DNA of 64,000 bases from assembly GCA_002269645.1 (NCBI GenBank), contig NIVC01002369.1:62001-126000 (forward strand), in the 5' to 3' direction. Every line of letters starts with the position of its first letter. The first letter of the stretch is position 1. Position numbers and translations under genes: made by a program. The stretch is from Macrostomum lignano (taxonomy: Eukaryota). Below the pieces are notes generated by a model. That model worked only from the letters and a program-made list of their open reading frames with translations, did not search any database and was not told the DNA's origin. This document shows positions 46,725 to 59,160 of the stretch, piece by piece.

Positions 46725-47538
46725 CAGTATCAAACTCAGGGGTGTCGGTATCAAACTCAGGGGTGTCGGTATCAAACTCAGGGGTGTCGGTATCAAACTC
46801 AGGGGTGTCGGTATCAAACTCAGGGGTGTCGGTATCAAACTCAGGGGTTATCGGTATCAAACTCAGGGGTGTCGGCATCAAACTCAGGGGTGTCGGTATC
46901 AAACTCAGGGGTGTCGGTATCAAACTCAGGCGTGTCGGTATCAAACTCGGAGTGTCGGTATCAAACTCAGGTGTGTCGGTATCAAACTCAGGTGTGTCGG
47001 TATCAAACTCAGGGATGTCGGTATCAAACTCAGGCGTGTCGGTATCAAACTCGGAGTGTCGGTATCAAACTCAGGTGTGTCGGTATCAAACTCAGGTGTG
47101 TCGGTATCAAACTCAGGGATGTCGGTATCAAACTCAGGGATGTCGGTATCAAACTCAGGCGTGTCGGTATCAAACTCGGAGTGTCGGTGTCAAATTCAGG
47201 TGTGTCGGTATCAAACTCAGGTGTGTCGGTATCAAACTCAGGGATGTCGGTATCAAACTCAGGCGTGTCGGTATCAAACTCGGAGTGTCGGTATCAAACT
47301 CAGGTGTGTCGGTATCAAACTCAGGTGTGTCGGTATCAAACTCAGGGATGTCGGTATCAAACTCAGGCGTGTCGGTATCAAACTCGGAGTGTCGGTATCA
47401 AACTCAGGTTTGTCGGTATCAAACTCAGGTGTGTCGGTATCAAACTCAGGGGTTATCGGTATCAAACTCAGGGGTGTCGGCATCAAACTCAGGGGTGTCG
47501 GCATCAAACTCAGGGGTGTCGGTATTAAACTCAGGGGT
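46725..47538. repeat. 19-21 bp minisatellite (GTGTCGGTATCAAACTCAGGG) ending ~45 bp before the TRP start codon
   Basis: Seen directly. Confidence 0.95.
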
Positions 47539-47586
47539 GTATCCCTAAGCACCCAGTGACTCCAGCACTTTTTTTATTCTCCAGCC

Positions 47587-50500
47587 ATGGCCGAGCTCAG
47601 ACTAGTACTCGAGTACTGCCCATGCCCAGACTCAGACTACGAGCGGCTAAAACGAGCCATTGAATCGAGCGTCCAAGCTGGCCAAGAGGAAATCCTGCGG
47701 GCCTTGGTTAGCAACGATGGTCGCAACCTCAACGACTTCGGCGTGGACGTTCTTTTCGAAGCGGTGGAAGACATCTCGGATCTGTCCGTGTTGAAGTTCC
47801 TTCTGCGCAGGTTGGGCGGCGAAGCCATCGGCCAGGTGCGTAACGAGCTGAATCTGAGCGTCGTACACCTCGCCGCGCTCATCCAAGACCGCGAGCTGGC
47901 CGCGGAGACGATGCAGACGCTGCGCAACGCTCTGGGCGACGGCTGTTTCTCGGTTGTAAGCGGGCTGAACAGCACCGCGGCTCACTTTGCCGCCAAGAAC
48001 AGCAACGGTCACGAGGTGCTGATATGGATCCTCGACAATCTTGGCCAGCAGGCGCTTACAGTGAAGGACTCGTTGGGCGACACAGCTGTGCACCTGGCCG
48101 CCGAGTTCCAGACTGACGAGTGCATGCGGCTGCTCAAGGCCAAACTGCCGCAGAGAGTCTGGCAGGCGCGCGGGGCGCTGCGCCGGACCCCGGTGCACCG
48201 GGCTGCGCTTAATTGCACCGGTGAACAGAGCGGCGACACGCTCAAGTGGATGCTAGAGAATCTCGAGCTGGAGGTATTTAAGAAGCCTGACGCTGAGAAC
48301 AATACGGCTGTTCACCTGGCCGCTCGACACCAGGGATTTGAGTGTATGCAGATGCTGCAAGATTGCCTTGGCGTCAGCTGCTTCTTAAGTCCCGGCTATC
48401 AACTGCAGACGGCGGTGCACATGGCGGCCAGGAATGAGAACGGCTACGCCGCTCTTGAGTGGTTCGTGACAAACATTGGAAGCATCGATCATCTCTGAAT
48501 TAAGGACGCCAACGGAGACACGGCTGTGCATGTCGCTGCCGAATATCAGGACGACGAGTGCATGCAATTGTTTTCAACCCGGCTACCACCCGAGCACAAC
48601 GTCTGGCAGATGGAGGGAGGCTTGAAACGTACCCCGGTGCATCGGGCGGCACTCAATGAGAAGTCGGTCTTGACTCTTCACTGGATTCTGGACTATCTTG
48701 CCAAGCGGCCGGCGATTTTTCAGCTGAGGGACGCACAGGGCGACACGGCGATTCACTTGGCTGCACAGGTGCAGAGCGACGAATGCATGGAACTGCTTTC
48801 TCAGCATCTGACACTCGAAAATCCGGTGTGGAACACCGCCGGAGCGAAAGGCCGAAAACCAGTTCACTGTCTAGCGGCCAATGCAATTCAACGAGAGTTC
48901 TTGAAGGTCCTGGTTGATAAGCTTGGTTCATCAGCTCTTACTGAAGTAGATGAAGAACTGCTAACTGCTATTCACTTAGCTGCCTCCTATCAAAGCCTCG
49001 CTTTATTCCAGTCGCTGGTTAGTTGCGCAGGCAAGGACTCCATTACGCTCAGAGACAAACACGGTTGGACTCCACTGTTCATGGCCACAGGCAACGAGCG
49101 TCACGAGAAAGATGAATCTGTGTTCTTCTGGATGATGAACCAACTGAAGGGAAGTCAGGAGCAAGAACTGGCCAGCAAGGATAGCGACGGTAGGACTTGT
49201 CTGCATTTGTGCGCCCGCAACAGAGCCTTCGGGGCCCAGATGTTTGTTCAATCGGCGCCACAGCACCAGTTCGACGACCCCTCCGATGCGGTCGCGGCGT
49301 CAGTTGACAAGAACGATAGAAATCCGCTGTTTTTGGCCTGTCTGTTGAAGAACTTCAACTTTTTCAAAGCGGAATTTATCGACGTGAAACGGCATATGTG
49401 CATCGATTCGGTGGGAAACACTGCTACATGCGCTGTTCCTCACCTCTGAGTCATTCCCTAACCGGGACTTTGACGCGGACGAGTTTGTGTCAGCGGTCAA
49501 GAAGCTAATCGATGGAGGCGTTGATCCCAAGGTGGAGAACAATGTCAAGAAGAATTGTTTGATGAGCGCTGAGTTCAGTCAGCGCACGCTATACGACGTG
49601 TTGGTGAGGCTTTCCCACCTGCCGGAATTGAAAGAGGCATTCAGTAGGCTGCAGAGAAACTCCGACGGCTTGCATGTTGTTCACGTGTTTTCCGGCCGTT
49701 ACGACATCAGATTCTTAGAAGCTCCATTGAAGCAGCTTTTCACGCTGAGCTCTGACAAACTGTTAAATATTCGAGTGTCGTCGGGCTCGCTTAGCGGAGC
49801 AACTTGTCTGCACTTTGCCTGTGAAGCCGGTCACGAGGAAAACCTGAGGTTTCTAATTGGCAAAGGTCTCTGCGATGCAAGGCTTGGTTGCGAGACAGCT
49901 TCCGGTCAGACGTGCGTTGACTTTGCGTGCAACAAAGGAAAGCTGGACGTACTCAGAAGCGCCGCTGCTGATGCTGGGGTCGATCTGAGGGAGATTCTGC
50001 TGCTGGTCGATCCGGTCAAGAAGGCACTGCAGCTGCCAGACAAAACCAGTGCCAGGAATCTGCTGTCCCTATTCACTGACCCTGTCCTGAGATCCGATAT
50101 TGAGAGAGACAGAGGATTGCCCACAGCTGGGGATGAAGCTGAAGGACAGGCATCTGCTGCGGAGTCTGCCGACGTTAAGCTGCTCATCCGAGCTCTGGAA
50201 CTTGACTCTACAGAGATGCTTCGAAGCCTTGTAGTGCTGGATTACATCACTGGAGACACGGATGATCGTCTTATCAAGGCGTTGCGCAAACGATATCAGT
50301 CAAAGAATCCTAGTCAGCAAAAGTACTTTCCAAATATGGAAACACTGGATTCGATAGCTACTACTCGGACGGAATTATCGCTACTGGATTGCGTCATATT
50401 CTTTGATAAGGCAAACCTGCTATCCGACTTGATGGTTCTGCCACAGTTTGACATCATACCTCAGACACTGCGGCTGCTAATCAACATGACACCTCAAGTT

Positions 50501-53451
50501 GAGATGCGAAGAGGAAGACATGAACAATTGAGCGAAATGATGAAGCAAGCCCTGAACGTTCTCACTAATGTTCTCGAGCAGTTGTACGTCAGAGCCGATC
50601 AGAACGAGCGTGAACTTTTGTTCCGCTACTTGACTGCGGACTTCAAGAAGGATGAAGTGAGCGGTCCGAAGTTTCAGGCTCCGTTAAAAAAAATTCGTCG
50701 ATAAAAATGGCAAAGTTGTGGCTCCGTTTTCGGGCCCAGCGGAATGCTTCTCGGTCATGCAGCTGGTCGACACAGTCGATTGCGACGAGCTGTTTGCAAC
50801 CAACTGCCTCAGCAGCATGATCGACGAACAGTGGAAGAAACCGCCTCCTCTGTCGTGGCGTACAAGCAGTAGAAGTCAACCGTGCTGCCCGAGCTTCAAT
50901 AGCAGTTGCAGTCCTGGCAGCCGACCTGACGGAGTCCCTAGCTTTTTATTGTCAGTTCGATTTCGAGTCTGGATTCACATGGTCTTCTTCCTCTTCTTTC
51001 TGTGCTTCTTCTCCTGGTACGTAACGGATTTTGGCCAGTCGTTGAAGTCGCAGGCCGCGGCTGTGCACATTGTTGATGCAGTCATGTGGATGTTCGCTTT
51101 ATCATTCGCCACGCAGGAGATAAATGACATGGTTAATAGGGGAGAACTCAAAGATACCTACGCTTGGGGAAGGCATCTGAAAGTACCCAGGTACTTCACA
51201 GATTTATTTAATTATTTTGATCTGGCCGCAATCTTACTGCTGTTGGCTGGGCTCATACTCAAAATAGTGAGCACGGGAGGCGATACAACCAGCCTGCACA
51301 ATGCCCAAGTAGTACTGAGCGCGTCCTTTCTGCTCTGGGGATTTCGGTCGGTATCCCTGCTTAGCTACTTCAAGGTCACTGGACCAAAAATATCGATGCT
51401 GAAAAGCCTTCTATTCAGCGACTTGGCCCCATTCCTGATCATAATGCTTGTGCTGGTCTATTCGTTTGGCATATTCTACGTGAACTTGCTATTTCCCGTG
51501 ACCCTCTCTACTGCGAGCATTTTACGTGACTCGGAGTCCATAGCCAAGCAAGTGTTCTCCCTGCCGGTCTCGCTGGCGTTCGGCTTCTTTGAAGGCGCCG
51601 AGAGCGTAGTGTGCAACGGGTCCAGGCAGACTCTGGAGGCGTGCTCAGACCATGCCGGCTACCGGGCGTACAGCGGCCTGGTAATGTTCCTCTACTTGCT
51701 AATCGTGAACATAGTGATGTGGAACCTGCTAATTGCACTGTTTAACCTGAGAGTCACAAGGATGGACACCAAAGCAGAGGTGATTTGGCGTAAAAATCTG
51801 TACGAGATGCTGGTCGAGTTTTCCGAGGTCAGCCCGTTTCCACCGCCGTTTTCGTTTCCTCATTACATTTGCAAGCTGGGGCGGCACGCGTGTCGGCGTC
51901 TGGAGAACCGTCGTTCGGTTCAACCGGAAGAGGCAAGTACAATCAGCACTTTTATTTAGCGTTGACTTATGATTTAAAAGACCATGCAAATTTTTCTGTG
52001 GGCTGATTTTCCGCTGCAAATGCAAAGGTAAGGAAGCTTCCAGTTTTTTAGCACTAAATTCCCAATGTATCACCTTCTGGGCTTTCGAATTCCAAATGAG
52101 GCGCAAAGCTGACTACGAACATGTTTCGTTTGAGGTGCACTCATAAATTTATCAAGCCGTTTTTTCATGAAATACTACCGGGAGACCGGCAAACATGTAA
52201 AGTTCCTTTTGGCGAAGTGTCTGTTGTTCCTGTCTCTTTAACGGTAGAACTACCAAGGAGGGGACCCTTGCAAATTTTTCGACGCAACCAGGCACTGGAA
52301 TTTCAAGAAAAAGGAATAACTTTTGTTGCGCAGCTTCTCAAAAGAGTCAAGTCGCCAGTCCTCCGGATCGCATCTAAATTCATCAGCACGTCGATGCACG
52401 TCGTACCTGCATCAGCTCTGACATAGTTGGTCCCTGGCCTTCACCCAGGCGGAGCTTTCGGACCCTTAGCAGATGGCACCAGGTGGCTATGGACATCCCG
52501 GGGCAAATTTCTCTATAGTTTCGCTGATCAAGCCTCGAAAGTTGAGCAACAGAGCAAGCATCAATTGCTATAGGTATCCGCAATCACTCTCTCAAGCATT
52601 CAGTCGTCTTCCAGACGCCGTCGCCTGCTTTACCGGTCTGTACGTAGCTATCAGGCGACTATGAACACCCTTATTGTGAATTTCTTTGTTGTCTCTGGTC
52701 AAGCCCCGTTGTTCTTGAATTTCATGTGCCAGAGTGACTCCGTTCCGGCGCGCAGCAAAAAAACTGTTTCCCTTTTTTGGTCGTTCAATTAACGGGCGGA
52801 AATGGTTGTAAATTTCCTACTGTTAATGCATTTCTTTAGGATTATTAGCGCGTACTACGTTCCATAGACCTATTTAGCGCCAGGCAAAAGAAGTAAAAAT
52901 TTGTCAAATATTTGTTTAGAAAACACAACCTGTACTCTTGAGCGCTGCCATTCTCCGAATAATATTTTTCCTTAGACTTTTCTCGACGTCAACTCGACGA
53001 AGTATCGTGTTGTTAATTTTACTGTCGATTATCGATAGAAATAAGTACCTTAACAGTTTTCGACGAATCTTACACTTAAATGGTAACAGCTTTCATCTTC
53101 TCGCAATGAATTTAGAAGCAGAGTCCACCCTGGTGGCAGGAACGCAGTAGTTTTCACGACTATCCCAACGACTATCGGCAGTTTCTGGTGTACCAAGCTG
53201 AGCAGCTCCGCCAGTGCCGCCCCCGACTGCGGCAGGGCGTTGAGCGGCACAAAGACGCATTCGAGGCGCTGCGAGCGCACACGGAGAAAACTGTTGACGG
53301 AACTCGCGACGAGCTTGCCAGGATGGTGAAGCGAGAAACACTGGACATCAGAGAGCAGCTTCACAGACTGCGACGTAATCAGAAAAAGCAGCAAAAGCAG
53401 CTGTCGCAGGTGCTCGATTTGTTGAAGCATTCACAAGCGGCAGCAAAATAG
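47587..53451 (+). pseudogene. Ankyrin-repeat TRP-family cation channel, disrupted as assembled (TGA 48496-48498; frameshifts ~49424 and in the A8 run 50686-50693); probable last exon 53116-53451
   Basis: About 17-19 ankyrin repeats (DTAVHLAA, RTPVHRAA, WTPLFMA, ATCLHFAC). Six-TM module with TGPKISMLKSL, S6 VNIVMWNLLIALFN, TRP helix IWRKNLYEMLVEF and PPPF. Coiled-coil tail in 53116-53451. The four ORF pieces join seamlessly once the three lesions are corrected. Confidence 0.85.
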
Positions 53452-55139
53452 TGAACTTTTATAATTCTCTTAATAGTAATTCTTATTTTGCTGTCCACAA
53501 ATCTTCATTAAAACGTTACATATTCCCCTTGACAGTTGCAGAGGATACTTGCTTTTATATGTTACATGCATGTACTGTAGTTTGTAGACTCCCATATATC
53601 AAATTTTTATGTACAGCTTTATATGCTCAATAACTTTGCCGTAAAGGTATAGTTATATATAGCTATTAAAGTAAGTAACGACAGTAGATCAAAGCAAGCA
53701 AAAACAAAGTTATTTAGCAACTGTCACGAATCAAGTGTTCACGAATCACAAATCGCGAGTGTATGTAATAAGGTGACCTTTACGAATGCCTGGTAGCATC
53801 TATACAGTATTTAATTGATAGAGCAACAGGTGGATTACGTACCTTTTCAGACTTTTATGTATCCCGAGCATTTTTCAAAATCGGAAAATGCGAAAAAAAT
53901 TAGTATTCAGACGTTTCACTTCTCCAATTAATTTGAATAACTCTGATTGCGTACTTTACTCTTAGGGAAATTCAGTAGTTTCTATTACAGACGGCTAGCT
54001 AGAGAAATATCAAGCACTCAATCGAAGTACCTGGCGTTACATTACAATTCGGAAATCAACTTTCAATATTTTCCAATACTTTAAGTGTGTACTCACGGTG
54101 CGCTGTTACCATTAAAGCACTCTCGGAATTGAGTTTTGGCTGCTGTATTTTGGAGGTTTGCCATGGTTTTGCGAAAAGTTATCATCTTTATCAGAGATTA
54201 TAGCTACATGAAAGTATTGAGGTCGGCTGAGTGCTCTATTATAATTTATATGTAGATGTCAAGCTATTTCCAAAAGGCAAATTATAATTCAGAGGTAGAG
54301 TGGAATAAGACTAATAGACTAGTAGACTAAGTAGATAGTAAAGATCTCATCAACCAGGCCAATCTTTAACTAATCAGAATTTCAATTCAACTGATCGACG
54401 ATTGCGTTGAAAATCGAGCTCTACATTCGAAAGAGCTCTACCTCTACACCTTTTAATTTCAGTTTTGAACAATCAGCAACCAGTTTTAATTTTCTGGCAT
54501 CCAATAATTCCGACACTTTTTGGTTGTGACAGCTTCGATTTTCAAACAGTTTCGACAAACTGCGATGCAGATTCGACAGTTGACATTACATTTCCAACAA
54601 ACATTCAATCAGTTCTAACAATTGCCAACCAATTCCGTCAAATAGGGGTAGAAATTTTCCTGTTGGCGCATTATCGTTTTTTCTGGTTGAAATTTCCATT
54701 CCACAAATTCTATTTCAATCGATATTTTTCAATCGATAAAGACGAGTAAATTAGGCACTAAATATAGGCAAAGTATCTTCTCCAAACCTTTTACATTAAA
54801 ATGTATTGACTTTCTTTTACAGGTGGGCCTGAGCCCTGAGATGTATGTATACACAAGCAAATCGAAAGAGACAAAAACAAGCAACCTAATCAACCGTAAG
54901 AACATCAATGTTCTTTCTTTCAATACTGAATATCGGTATTGGCAATATGGCAATATCAATAACCAAAGATGCAAAGAAAGATAAAAAATATAAGTCTGAA
55001 TGGAAATTACAACATTACAAATGTATTTGAATTTACGGACTTCTTGAACTTTAGGTAGATACAATAGTTGCAGTTTTGATAGGATCATAATTTTGTCACT
55101 AAATGGGTTTTTATGGTGCTGATTTCAAATTTGAGCTTA

Positions 55140-55810
55140 ATTTTTTCGTAGCTTAAAGCCAACCACCGGGACATGGGAAATGGGGGGTTTTAGGGTGGGG
55201 AGAATCTTCGTGGGAATTGATTTTATCTACTTAAACTTCAATAGAGGCATGGGGATCTATTGAAGATTAGATAGGTAAATTCTGAACCCAAGGGGGGGGT
55301 CTGATGAGGGGGGTCTGACAAGGGGGGGGGGGTGGGCTGATAACTACCAACCACTGGGACATGGGGAATGGGGGGTTTTAGGGTGGGGAAAATCTTCATG
55401 GGGATTGATTTTACCTACCTAAACTTCAATAGAGGCATGGGGGTCTATTGTAGATTAGGTAGGTAAATTCTAAACCTAAGGGGGGTCTGATGAGGGGGGG
55501 GTGGGCCAATAACCACCAACCAATAGGACATAGGGAATGGGGGTTTGGGTTTAGGATAGGGAGAATCTTCATCGGGATTGATTTTACCTACCTAAACTTC
55601 AATAGAGGCATGGGGGTCTATTGTAGATTAGGTAGGTAAATTCTAAACCTAAGGGGGGTCTGATGAGGGGGGTGGGCCAATAACCACCAACCAATAGGAC
55701 ATAGGGAATGGGGATTTGGGTTTAGGATAGGGAGAATCTTCATCGGGATTGATTTTACCTACCTTAACTTTAATAGAGGCATTGGGGTCTATTGTAGATT
55801 AGGTAGATAA
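55140..55810. repeat. ~190 bp G-rich tandem repeat, ~3.5 copies
   Basis: Recurrent AAACTTCAATAGAGGCATGGGG(A/G)TCTATTG.AGATTAG and GGGGGTCTGATGAGGGGGG. Confidence 0.85.
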
Positions 55811-57390
55811 ATTCGGAGACTGAGGGTTCCAGAGTGGAAATGTAATGAAGCTTAAATAAAACATTCAGCAAGTTATCAACACCTCCATCGAGAAAAATTA
55901 TAATCTTATCAAAGTAATTGATATCAGCAGCTATATTACCTTTCAGAATAGAGAAGACAACGCAGATTAGTAGACATTAAGTATACGTAAACATTTAAAG
56001 AATGTACAGCTAGTCACAACCATGAGAGAACAATAGCGAATCAAAAGCAGGAGGCGAGGGCGGTGGCGAACCCGCTTAAAAATTGAAGCCGATCTAGGAA
56101 TGACAGTTAAGATCGCTTCCAAGTTAAACTGACGTTTAAATTCATTGCACTTCAACAATGCCTTCAGATGCGCCGCGCAATAGCTGCGGCTGAGCTGTCG
56201 GTTGCACATCGGCCGATTGGGCAGGTGTAATCAATTATTATTTTATTATTACTTTAACAAAGCACGGTCAAAAAAGTGAAAAAATGACTGTTAAACTTAG
56301 CTAACTGTAAATAAATTTTAAAGTTTAAAGTTAAAATATTAGGCTGAACTTCTGTACACACATAAATGAAACACAGCATGAAAAGTAATAGATCTGAATG
56401 TTTTCGCGCGCTGCTCAGATAGTTTTTATTTTACAAGCGCGCGCATTCACTTGTATTATGAACTGTCGAATTATTGCGCGCAATCTTTTGGGACATAACT
56501 TTCAGACCTTAATCTATAAGATTTTACTACAGCCGCATCTGGGGCATGAGTTTAAAATTTTGACGCGGCTGAGACGCGGCAGCAACATGGAAGTGCGCAT
56601 TCTCAGTTTTTGCCTCAATCTCGAAATTAGCTTTCTTTTGTTCATTTCTACTATTTAAAGGGTATTAATAACCAAAATAATTAAAGATCTAAGCGATAGG
56701 TGTGCAACTATACTACTAGTTACTGTTTAGTCCTTGGTTTGTGTTTCTTGCTATTTATAAAGAAAAGATAATTTTTATATAATATATCTTTTGAATTCTG
56801 TCTTGAAACTTTCATAGTAAAAGACACATTTGTAATGAACGTGCAACCGAGAGAAAAACGTGTATTATTCAAGAGTGCCAAAAAGCATATTATATAGAGG
56901 GGCGAGGGGGGCTGAGCAATCGATAGCAACGTACATGATTGGGGGACGGGGCGGCTGGGGCGCAGATGTGCGTACAATAAATTATAGTTACAAGTGCATC
57001 ACTGACATCTCTCTTCTAATAGCAAAAATCGAGAGGAATTAAAATCAATTATTCATAGAATTATCACTAATCACTCCTTTCTAATAGCAAAAAATCGAGA
57101 GGAATTAAAATCAATGGCTCGAAGGAATTATCGCTTCCAAAACATTTCATTATTTGCGCATTAGACATGTGCGAAAACTCAAAAAATATTTCTTTTAAAA
57201 CAAATGAAAAAAAAATACTTTTTTAAATATTTTTAGACAAAAAAAACAACAACGAAATTCGATTTAGATAAGGAATAAAAATATTTGGAATATTTTCTCA
57301 GCAACAAAGTCAGCGGATTAACCCTAATCTTTGCATAAAAAATCCATGCAACAGTCCTTGAAAACAAACAAAAGTCACTGTCCCTATCAC

Positions 57391-59160
57391 TCACACGTCA
57401 TGTCTGTAGCGGAGAGGCGGAATGCCCTTTGTGGTTCTGGCAGAGCGGCGGAGTGGCTCTTCAGGCTCCGCAAGATCTGATGCCGCCAACTCATCGCCGG
57501 CCGGAGCCGCCTGGGCCGCCAGCTGGACGTCTTCGGCTTCAGCAGTGGACTGCTGCGGCGGCACTGGTCGCAGGTCCCGGCGATTGCGAATCAGCTCCCT
57601 GCCGCTTTGAGTCAGCAGTCGGTAGTTGCGGTGCTCCGGGTTAGCTTGCGTCACAACGGCTGGCTCCCATCTGAAACCGTGCCGAAAACGAACTGCATCT
57701 CCCTGATTCAGTGTTGAGAGCGGTCGGGCTTGCTGGTCGTAGTGCCGTTTTTGAGCAGCCTGCAGCGGGGCTTTAGAGAATCCGGTTGTTCTGTCTTTGA
57801 GCAGCGCCTCCTCACCTGCTGGCAGCTTCGTACGAATCAACCGACCGAACATGAGCTCGCTGGGGCTGGTGCTCGTACCGCTAATTGGTGAAGCTCGATA
57901 TTCCATTAGCGCAATTTCAGGCTGATCAGCTTTCCTCAGGATGCTCTTTGCCACTTTGACTGCCTTTTCAGCCATCCCGTTGGACTGAGGATATCCGGGT
58001 GACGAGCGCGTGTGCACGAAACCAAACTGTGCAGCAAACTCTTGAAACTTAAACGAGCTGAATGGGGGCCCATTGTCACTGACCAGCTCTTCGACGATAC
58101 CGAACCTGGCGAACATCGACTTAATTCGAGCAATCACCAAGTCAGCTCCAGACTGTTGACCTAACTTTGCCAGTTCGATCCAGTTGCTGTAATAACAGGT
58201 AACGATTAGCCACTTGTCACCATTGAAGTCCAGCAGATCACAACCAACCTTGGTCCATGGTGCATTCGGAATCTGATGGTTCAACAGCGGTTCCTTTGGG
58301 TTGGCCGGCTGAAAAGTTTGACAAGTGCTGCAGTTCTTCACGAAGTTCTTAATGTCCGCTGACATGCCTGGCCAGTACAGAATTTGACGAGCTCGGGCCT
58401 CCGTCTTGCCCGCGCCACCATGACCTTCGTGTAAAATTTGCAGAATCTTTTGCCGCAACGATGCTGGAACAATAACGCGGTCCAACTTCATCAGCACGCC
58501 ATCATTGTAGGTCAAGTCCTCCTTGAAGCTCCAATACGGACGGACAGAGTGGCAAATGTTCCGAAAGTTGCTTGGCCAACCCGTCTGAACAAACCGGGCT
58601 ACAGAACTTAAGTCCGAATCTTTGCGGGTCTCGTCTCGGATTTCTTGCAAACGAATGGCAGAAATCGGGAGGCTCATTTGATGCACCTCCACCTCAATTT
58701 CGTCGTCTAGAGCAGCCTCGGCCTCCGGAAGGTAAGCTCTTGAAAGCGTATCGGCAATCAGCATCTTGGATCCCGGTGCCCAGGATACACGCAGATTATA
58801 TCTTTTGAGTTGGTAAAGCATTCGAGCAATGCGTGGCGGAACATGCAGCAAGTCACGCTTAAAAATAACCTCCAGGGGCTTGTGGTCTGTAGTCACTCGT
58901 ACTACTGGTAGGCCATAGATGTAGTCATGAAATTTCTTGCAAGCAATAACGACGGCCAGAGTCTCCTTCTCAATCTGAGCATAGTTCTTTTGCGTGTTGG
59001 TCAGCGCAGCCGATCCATACGCCACAGGCTGTCCATTCTGGAGCAAAACGCAACCAACTCCGACCGATGAACTGTCAACTTGAAGCTCAACTTCCATATC
59101 GGCGTCAAACAACCTTAGCACAGGAGCGTCCGACAGAACATCTTTTAGCTTCTCAAAAGC
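57391..59160 (-). mobile_element. Ty3/Gypsy pol fragment: RT-RNaseH linker, RNase H and integrase in one open frame
   Basis: AFEKLKDVLSDAPVLRLFD; RNase H D-E-D-D (VDSS, YAQIEKE, TDHKPL, ADTLSR); H2C2 finger (HEGH...CSTC); integrase GCDL, SDNGPPF, SNGMAEKAV. Gag, protease, RT and LTRs are not seen. Confidence 0.92.

Noticed and set aside
55290-55680. Hammerhead ribozyme (CTGATGAG cores; also at 3415)
   Set aside because: No downstream GAAA and no stems I-III in the required arrangement.
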